This document shows, piece by piece, positions 54,523 through 64,000 of a stretch of DNA of 64,000 bases (the first letter of the stretch is position 1; each line of letters starts with the position of its first letter). The notes under the pieces were generated by a model. That model worked only from the letters and a program-made list of their open reading frames with translations, was not told the origin of the DNA and made no database searches. Both the position numbers and the translations under genes were made by a program. This DNA comes from Eledone cirrhosa (Eukaryota), in the NCBI GenBank assembly GCA_964016885.1, contig OZ024755.1, positions 25,668,001-25,732,000 on the forward strand, in the 5' to 3' direction.

Positions 54523-56859
54523 TTATTTTGCTCAGTTACTTAACTTTAAATGCATATAATATATATATATATTGAGAGAGAGAGAGCGAGTGACTTAAGT
54601 CAGGTCATACATTCCATATATGGATCATATGAGCCAAATTAGGTCTGAATATATATATATATATATATATATATCATGTATACATAAGTATGTATATATC
54701 ATGTATACATAAGTATGTATATATCATGTATACATAAGTATGTATATATCATGTATACATAAGTATGTATATATGCCTGATGTATTTATGTTGGTTTGTG
54801 ATCTTCTGTAGGCCAACTGCTACACCATAAACATACATCTCTATTTCTCTCTCCTGTGTTTCATGCTTGAACAGTTAGATAACACCTCTTCTATATAAAA
54901 TCTCCCAATTCAGTTGATGTTTTATTAGTACCTTCATTTACAAACAAACCACTTCATTCTCTTCATCATGGGAACATGGTCATATCTTGCTTTACAGTTA
55001 GGACTCTCAAACACAACTTGAAGCAAGTAAAGGCCTAAGAAAATATAGTTTAGAAAGCAACAAAGCATTTATTGTTGACATTGGGTGAGTGTTTGTTTCA
55101 TATTGTACATATTTATCTCTATTAGGGATATTTTAGTTTTATAATTTTCATTAGTATATATTTCTAACGAAATACACTGCCTATGGTTTTTAAATACTTT
55201 TGAAAATATTCAATAATTTTGAGGAATTTATTAAGCTGCTGGTTGAAACATAAAGGTTCTAATATAGAATTATAATGGAAAGTATTTTAGGTAAATATAA
55301 ACACTTTCTTTCAATAACATATTTCTAATGAAATACACTACCTACGATTTTCAAATAATTTGGAAAATATCAAATAATTTTGAGTGATTTAGTAATATAA
55401 CTTTAACTTGGCATTAGGTACTTAAAGTTAGAAAATGTTGATATCCAAACACAGTTGCTACAATGATAATGATAATAGCATTAGGAAATCGGATAAAAAT
55501 CCTTAGAGACAGAAAATATGTGGCCACTTATTGGCAACTTATTTTCTGTCTCTTAGGCTATTTTACCTGAATTTCTAATGCTATTATCATTGTAGTGACT
55601 CTTGTGTTTTGATATCAACATTTTCAAATTTCAAATCATCCAAATGCCTCAATAAATTGTAAGATTTATATCTTAAAAGGTTTTATGTAAAATTATGATG
55701 AAAGATTTTTTTTTTTAAATAAATATAAACAGTTTGGTATCGTAGAACCTGGGGTGGTTTGGTATCATAGAACCAGGGGTCGTTTCAGGTGGTTTGTTAT
55801 CAAAAGGTTAAAAGTAACTCTACAATGTATATATTACTTTCTCACTCAATACAAATAAATGTTGTGTAGAAAATGACTATGTTGTCTGTGTTGCAATATC
55901 CACACCCTTCAGTTGACCTCTAGTAACAACTGGTGAAGAAGTGATAAAGGATAATATGGAAGTTGACATTTCGTTAATATCAGGACAAGGAACTAGGATA
56001 GGTTTCCTCTATTTTGACTGTTTCTCCTTGTTTCAGTTGATTCAAGGCCAGCTTAACATGGTCTCTTGTTTCTCACTTTTGTAAAGCTGTTAGGTTTGTG
56101 TCTCTACAATTATCACTATTATTTTGGCAGTATCGGTAGAGCGTTGGACAACATTCTCTGCGGCTGCTTTCAAATCCTGCTGAGGTTAGCTTTGCTTTTC
56201 ATCCTTATGGGGTCGATAAAATAAAGTACCAGTAACACACTGGGGTTGATATAATCGGCTTTCCCCACCCGCAAAACTATTGGCCTTGTGCCTATAGAAA
56301 CCATTATTATTATTGCTGCTGCTACTACTACTGTTACTGCTACTACTACCACCACTGCTGCTTTCACTACTACTGCTACTACTAATATTCTTGGGCAGTG
56401 GATTGAGAGTCAGTAGAGCATCAGACAAATGTTTTGTGGTGTTTGTTCTGGCTCTCTCTGTTCTGAGATCAAATCCTTCCCAGGTTGATAAAGTACTAGT
56501 TATATACTGGGGTTCATCTAATCAACTTGTCTTCCCTACTAATTGATGGCCTTGTGCCTAAATTAGAAACCATTATTATTATTATTATTATTCCTTTATT
56601 GATTTCAGTCATTAGACTGTGGCCATGCTGGGGCACCCCCTTGAATGGGTTTAGTTGATCATATTACACCCTCCCCCCCTCCCCGAGTACTTATTTTATC
56701 AAACTCTTTTTCTTGAACTGCTAAGTTGCAGGGCATGAACAGTATATGTAGTCACAGATATGGACATATACACATGTTACTAATTTTGGTTAATATTTGT
56801 AATATCTTGATACTAGTATAGTAGGTTAACAACTGTGATTTAGTAATCATTTCAATCAT

Positions 56860-57184
56860 TTCATTTTACGTCCGCTTTTTTCCTGCTTGCAAGGGTGGGA
56901 CGGGAACTGATTCTGGCTTGATTTCTACAGCTGGATGCCCTTCCTAACACCAACCTCATTTACAGTGAGTGCTGGGTGCTTTTTTTGCCGTGGCACCTAC
57001 ACGACCACTTTGCAGTGGAATGATATGGATCCCAGTCCCTATCATCTCATTTCTACAGCTGAGTAAACTGGAGCAATGTGAAATAAAGTGTCTTGCTCAA
57101 GGAAACAACACATCACTCGGTCTAAGAATTGAACTGACAACCTTTCGATTGCAAGGCCAATGCTCTAACCACTAAGCCATGTGG
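56860..57184 (-). mobile_element. Full-length SINE1
   Basis: Reverse complement of 49370-49705; a partial + copy lies at 57668-57925. Confidence 0.9.
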
Positions 57185-57507
57185 TAATAAATATATTAAT
57201 TGCTCATAACAGTGAGATACAGGGGCAGTGACAGTGGGAGTTTGGTTCCTTTGAGTTCGGACCTGGTGTATATGTATATGGGTATATGGACACACATTCA
57301 TCCAGTACTAATATATTAATCAAAATCTCCTTGTAGCCAGCTTGGTATGACAATATTATCAGGTGAAAGTGAATGACTTAGTTGGGACTTTGGCAAAATT
57401 TGATAAACATAGACATATCAATAGAAATATGGACAGATAAAGAGACAGAGACAGAGATAGAGATGGACATAAAAACATTATAGAGAGAGAGACACACATA
57501 CATAAAG

Positions 57508-57620
57508 GCAGGATGAAGGACTAGCGTCCGAAACGTTAAGACCCTCTTCCTGCTATATCAAGCGTTAACCTAATATATCCCTTCCATATACTGTACCGAT
57601 TGTGTTGTTATTTCTGTTTA
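57508..57620 (+). mobile_element. Penelope-like pseudo-LTR fragment with minimal hammerhead 3' part
   Basis: GAUGAA-GGAC/GUCC-GAAA-CG-UU, stem III palindrome AACGUU; CU of the core missing. Confidence 0.5.
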
Positions 57621-57628
57621 CCATTTAC

Positions 57629-57660
<32 letters not shown>

Positions 57661-58391
57661 AAGTGTCTTGTGTTGTTTCCTTGAGCAAGACACTTTATTT
57701 CACATTGCTCCAGTATACTCAGCTGTAGAAATGAAATGATAAGACTGAGGTCCCTATCATTCCACTGCAAAGTGGTCGTGTAGGTGCCACGGCAAAAAAA
57801 GCACCCAGCATTCACTGTAAATGAGGTTGGTGTTAGGAAGGGCATCCAGCTGTAGAAATAAAGCCAGAATCGGTTCCCGTCCCACCCTTGCAAGCAGGGA
57901 AAAAGCGGACATAAAATGATGAAAGAAATATATATATATATATGGATTGATTGAAGCATATTGTATATTTATATAGACAAAGAGAGACAAACATACATAG
58001 ACAGGGAGACACACACATATATAGAGACAGAAAGAGATACATGCATAGAGACAGACACACATACATAAAGACAGAGAGAGAGACGCACATAGACAAGAGA
58101 CACACATATATAGAGAGACATAATATACACGCACACACACACAGATAGTCATACAAAGATTGACAGACTGAAAGACACAAATATAGACACTGACTGAGAG
58201 AGACAATAGACACAGTGACAGTTGACATTGTTCTAAGATAGTAATATATCTACTGAGATAGTGTCATGTATTACATTCCTGATAAGAGATAATTAACTTT
58301 TATTAATAATAAATGCTCTAATTGTGAAAATATTCTGTTGATAGTGTGGGGATGGTAGGCAGAAACAAAAAATGTTCATAGGCTGTGTGTG

Positions 58392-58422
<31 letters not shown>

Positions 58423-58692
58423 GTGTGTGTGTGTATAATGGTAGCTATGGTGCTTCCATAGGCAGTATGCCAAAATTAGCACTCAATATTCATACAGAGC
58501 AGAGTGTGAATAGTATAAAATAACGAAAAATCAGTGATGCATCTGGACTCAGTTCATTGCGTGTTCCAATTGTTTCGCCGGCAGGTAGCTCGAGACATGA
58601 TCACTGTATGGATCTGGCTGATTCTACGGCTGCAGGTTCCTTCGGACACATGCAATTCGTACGGAGCAAATTTTCTATATATATATATATAT

Positions 58693-59490
58693 GGAGGCAC
58701 ATGGCTTAGTGATTAGAGCATTGGCCTTGCAATCGAAAGGTTGTGAATTCAATTCTCAGACCGGGTGATGTGTTGTTTCCTTGAGCAAGACACTTTATTT
58801 CACATTGCTCCAGCTTACTCAGCTGTAGAAATGAGATGATAGGACTGGGGTCCCTATCATTTCACTGCAAAGTGGTCGTGGAGGTGCCACGGCAAAAAAG
58901 CACCCAGCCCACACTGTAAATGAGGTTGGTGTTAGGAAGGGCATCCAGCTGTAGAAATCAACCCAAAATCAGTTCCTGTATGAGCAAGAACGGGACACTA
59001 CCCACAACAGGACAACCCGTCTAACCCATGCTAGCGTGGAAGAACGGGACACTACCCACAACAGGACAACCCGTCTAACCCATGCTAGCATGGAAGAACG
59101 GGACACTGCCCACAACAGGACAACCCGTCTAACCCATGCTAGCATGGAAGAACGGATGTAAAATGGTGATGATGATGATGAACCTGTATTGCAAACACTT
59201 TCATCATCATCATCTGTCCAATGGACATCACAATGGGATGTGTTGTGGTATCTGTTCCAGTTCTGTACATTCATCATCACCATTTTATGTCCGTTCTTCC
59301 ACGCTAGCATGGGTTAGACGGGTTGTCCTGTTGTGGGCAGTGTCCGATCAGCTGACCTTGTCTTGCTCATACGGGAACTGATCCTGGCTTGATTTCTACA
59401 GCTGGATGCCCTTCCTAACACCAACCTCATTTACAGTGTGGGCTGGGTGCTTTTTTGCCGTGGCGCCTCCACGACCACTTTGCAGTGGGA
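58693..59490. mobile_element. Two SINE1 copies tail-to-tail (58693-59180 +, 59268-59490 -)
   Basis: Mutually inverted; the + copy has a triplicated 57-bp unit at about 58985-59155. Confidence 0.85.
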
Positions 59491-59499
59491 GGAGGTGGG

Positions 59500-59800
59500 G
59501 GGCATATTGTCTATATGCTTCAGCTTTGGCTTGTACCCGTGGGAAGTTGGGTCTTCTGTATTACTGCATGATGCCAGAGGTCACGGTCGTGTGTCATCGC
59601 CTTTGAGAGGTGCAATTGGGTATGGTCGGCTTGTATCACCTCATTCCAGGTCTTCTTGGGTCTCCCACTCTGTGGCTTCCATCGACTTCTAGTGCTCTGC
59701 ACCTTTTTATGCAGTTGTCATCCTTCATATACATCACATGTCCATACCAACGTAACCTCCTCTACTGCACACATTTGATTCCTCTTATGCTCAGTCTCCT
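59500..59800 (-). mobile_element. RTE-clade LINE 3' end
   Basis: RRLRWYGHV..GRPKKTWNEVI..DRDLW. Confidence 0.8.
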
Positions 59801-59984
59801 CTCAATTCGTTTATGCTCAGTCTCCTCTCAATTCGTTTATGCTTTGCCGTTTGCGTATATTACTATTACACATCGATCGGAGCATGCAAGCTTTGTTTCT
59901 TTCTAAGAAACATTGCTGTTCGTATACACACATCATGGGTTGAAATCCTACCTTCTGTCACCAGAAAAGCATTGATGATTCTTC

Positions 59985-60430
59985 TAGAAGTTGTGACTGA
60001 CAGATAGTATCAACAGTGGAAAGACCAATGGAAACATAGTTTCCTTGGTCTGATCTGATGATCAACTCCTTTCTTCTGCCAGAAGTTGTGACAGAGTATT
60101 AGCAATAGAAACACCAATTGAAACATAGTTACTTTGGTTTGATCTGATGATCAGGATCTATGACCAACAGTGGTAAGAAACCAGGAGTTGTGACTGGCAG
60201 ATATCGTCAATGGAGAGACCAATGGAAACAGTTTCCTTGGACTAATCTGACAATCAGCTCCTTTCTTCTGCCATGAGTTGTGATTGACAGATAGTATCAG
60301 TAATGGAAAGACCAAAGGAAACATTGTTTTCTTGATCTTATCTGATGGTCAGCTCCTTTCTTCTGCTAGGAGTTGTGATGAACTGATAGTATCAGCAATG
60401 GAAACATTGTTTCCTTGGTCCGATATGGTG
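59985..60430. repeat. Degenerate tandem repeat, about 95-bp unit
   Basis: agttgtgactgacagatagtatca...ccaatggaaacatagtttccttggtctgatctgatg, about 5 copies. Confidence 0.75.
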
Positions 60431-63221
60431 ATTGGCTCTTCTACTTTCCTTTCTCGTCTGAAGACCAAATATTTGTCTCTTAGAATACTGTTCCTCTTTT
60501 CATACACAATTTTACAGGAGTGTATAGACATTTATATGCTTCCTTACATACACACACCTATATGATAAAAGTGATATTTCTAACATAGGAACTATGCCTC
60601 AAATTTTGGACAGTCATCACCACCTTCACCATTTTACATCCAACTTCCCATGTTGGCATGGGTTGGACAAGCCATTACAGGCCAAGATAGTATTTTACCA
60701 GAGCTAGTCCACCTTGATAGTAATGGATGAGCAGCAGGAAAAGCATCCAGTTGAGGAATCCAGCCTCAAACATTCTCACCCAACAGATACCAGCATGGAA
60801 AAAGAGACATAAAACATGATGATGATGATGATGTGTGTGTTGGAGTACTATTGTTTCTGATGTGTGTTTCAGTTGGGTTTTTTTCAATTAAATATCTTGT
60901 TGATGATGATATGTATGTGTGTATATGTGTGTGTTGGACTGCTGTTTCTGACAATGTGTGTTCAAGTTGTTTTGTCAATGAAACAGCCCATTGATAATGA
61001 TGGTGCGTGTGTTTTTGTGGATTACTGTTGTTTTAGCCTGGTGATGTAAGAGGCTGAGCATTCCACAAAGATGTGTATCCTTGTAATTTTCAGGGAGATT
61101 AAGCATGATTGTGTTAACAAAACTGGCCCTTTGAATCAACAGGTAAACTCTTTTTTTCCATGTGAGTAGACAGGAGCAACAAATGCACAGCTTGGACTTG
61201 AACTCACAGCCATACGGTCTTGAGCCAAATACCCTAACCTCTAAGCAACACATTGTCACAATGATGATGATGATGATGGTATACATAGAAAAACAATCCG
61301 AAGAGTCAAAATCTCTTTAAAGTGGTTGACATAAGTTAATTACCTGTGGATATATAATATTTTTTTAATTTAATTAACTTGATATGAATATAGAATCTTT
61401 TTTTTTTTAGATAATCTCTCGTTATTAAAAATTGACAAGTTTCACATGTTAAAGAAGTAATTACTAACAGGTATTTCACAGTAGACTTTTAGAATATTTA
61501 TCACCAATCCCTTACTTGCATATTATGATACTAAGGAATAAAAAAAAAAACCTTCAACATTCTAGTCTTTAAATATCATGGTTTTATTTAGAATCTTCTC
61601 ATAAGCTTGACATATTTTCATTTCCCCTTTAATTGAAAGAAAAAATCTATATATACAAAAAAAAAAAAGAAATAAGCAGTCAGTATCATCAAAATGAATA
61701 AATTATGTAATTAAAATTAATTGAATACAGCTTGTTTTGAATCCCTCATCAATTTGAAGGGAGATGAGAGAGGTGAGATGTTGGCAGGATGTTGAAGAGA
61801 AAGTTTGGCAGATGTCAGACACACACACACAACAGATGGAACTGAATATTAAACTAATGAAACTGTTCATATTAAAGTAGAATTCATTTTAACTTCTCAT
61901 AATGTTTTCTACCTAGCTACCTAATTGACTCTTAAGTGTTCACAATTACTTATTACAACTGAGAAATTTACCAGTTCGGTAACCCTTTCATTACCATATT
62001 TCTTATGAAAGACATTGTCTATGTCTTTAATCTTTTTATTACTATATTTCTAATGAAAGACATGTCTATGTCTTTAATCTTTTTATTACTATATTTCTAA
62101 TGAAAGACACTGTCTATGTCTTTAACCCACTCATTACCATATTTCTAATGAAAGACACTATATTATTAACCCTTTCATTACCATATTTCTAATGAGACAC
62201 TAAGCTATGTCTTTAACCCTTTCATTACTAAATTTCTAATGAATGACACTACTTTTGCTTGGATGGCACCTTTGACCACTTGATTTGCTCGAGGTGTTCT
62301 CTGAATTTGGATGGAATAGTATCTGCATACCTGATTGCTCCTGATTGCCTTTTCCACCAATGCTTCCCATTTTATCCTGTATTTCTGAGTTTAAACAAAA
62401 AACTTCTATCTCAACATGGAATTTCAATTCTTGACTTCACCAATGTTGCTAATTCATGCCCTTGAATAAGGCATGAATCTTCTGTTTTCTAACTTTGACT
62501 GCATTGCCTAAATAAGAAGTCATACGCACACACATCACCTTCTTTCTTAGCATGTGATGATTATTCATGTAGCTAAAGTCATTACACTTTAAAATTTCAA
62601 CATTCACAATAGTTGAAGCATCCATCTACTGCAAGCAACAACAATTACCACCCACTAACTCACCACCATCACCGCTACTACTATTATTATACCTACTTTA
62701 TATACACAATCCACTCACTGCCAAACTATGTGTATTTGTGTGTATATGTATGTATGTATAGATATATATAAGTACCCATGCTAGCATGGAAGATGGACGT
62801 TAAATGATGATGATGATATGTGTGTGAGAGAGTTTATATATATATATACAATCAGCTCACCACCAAATTATTTGTATGTGTGTGTGTGCGTATATATTCA
62901 CGTTAGTTGGAATGGCATTTTCTGAGAATCACTCTATAACCAGGCAGCTGTACCTTCGACCTATCCATCCACTTGTCTGCTTATTTATTTTTACTTTCTT
63001 CTTCCTGATTTCTTCATTTCATTCAAGAAGCAGCTTCTTCAAAGAATTTCCTTCCTATCTTTCCAGTAAGTTTGTCTCTTTAGTTATTTCTTCACACTCA
63101 TTTATTCATGTTTTTCATGCCACAAGACAGGAAATATATTCACTATTTGCAGCTTGCTTTAAAAAAAGAAAAGCTTATCATTATCATCATCATCATCATC
63201 ATCACGATCAATATCATGATG

Positions 63222-63590
63222 GTTGATAACATAAAGTACCCGTCACATACTGGTGTTGACAATATGAAGTACCAGTCACATACTGATGTTAATATATAGT
63301 ACCAGTTACATACTGGTGTTAATATATAGTACCAGTCACATACTGGTGTTGATAATATATAGTACCAGTCACATACTGGTGTTAATATATAGTACCAGTC
63401 ACATACTGGTGTTGATAACATATAGTACCAGTCACATACTGGTGTTGATAATATATAGTACCAGTCATATACTGGTGTTGATAATATATAGTACCAGTCA
63501 CGTACTGGTGTTAATATGAAGTACCAGTCACATACCAGTGTTAATATGTAGTATCAATCATGTAGTGGTGTAGATAATATATAGTACTCG
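63222..63590 (+). repeat. 31/34-bp minisatellite derived from the SINE2 body
   Basis: ataatatatagtaccagtcacatactggtgttg; ends in a SINE2-like tail (tggccttctacctaaattaggaatcatt). Confidence 0.8.
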
Positions 63591-64000
63591 TCAAAAAAAA
63601 TTCTTGGCCTTCTACCTAAATTAGGAATCATTCGATGGATTGGCAGAATCGGTAGAGGGTCGGACGCCATGCTTTGCAGCACAGAGTTACGGCCCTTTGC
63701 GGTCTGAGTTCAAATCCCGCCAAGGTTAACTTTGCTTTTCATCCATATGGGGTCAATAAAATAAAGCACCAGTAATGCACTGGGGTAATTGCTGGCCTTG
63801 TGCCGAAACTAGTAACAATTATTATATTTTCCCCATTTTATTTATTATTCCAATATCAAATCATGATTCTTATGTAGTTCCTTGTAAACTATAAGCAGCA
63901 ATAATTTTCTCACCCTCTCTTTCTCTCTCACACAGCTGTGTCAATGGATCTATAGCAATACAATTGCTGAGAAGTAATTTTCTCTTCTCTTTCTTGTCTC

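Noticed and set aside
60050-60190. CTGATGA motifs as hammerheads (also 659, 29941, 43664, 54076)
   Set aside because: No compatible GAAA, stem III and stem I arrangement.

Overview
Eukaryotic, very AT-rich, repeat-dominated DNA. The dense (TA)n/(CA)n/(TATG)n microsatellites, two tRNA-derived SINE families and RTE/R4/CR1 LINE debris suggest a cephalopod (octopus-like) genome; this is an inference, not a database result. No complete gene is visible, and nearly all ORFs in the track are microsatellite read-through or transposon fragments. Recognisable content: decayed LINEs (one with a twin-priming inversion and TSD), a rearranged mariner, a deleted Helitron, about 20 SINE copies, several minisatellites, one candidate first coding exon and one candidate promoter. 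The main signal is a dense set of short non-coding modules from roughly ten unrelated sequence families, almost all inside (TA)n tracts. They carry type I hammerhead ribozyme motifs (12 with an intact CUGANGA...GAAA core plus several halves), mostly with a self-complementary stem III. Many fold back into DNA palindromes, sometimes placing a ribozyme on each strand, and many share a downstream TTGAGTAC-like motif. They are most likely Penelope-like element pseudo-LTRs or retrozyme-like derivatives. All folds were assigned by eye, and the boundaries of decayed elements are approximate.
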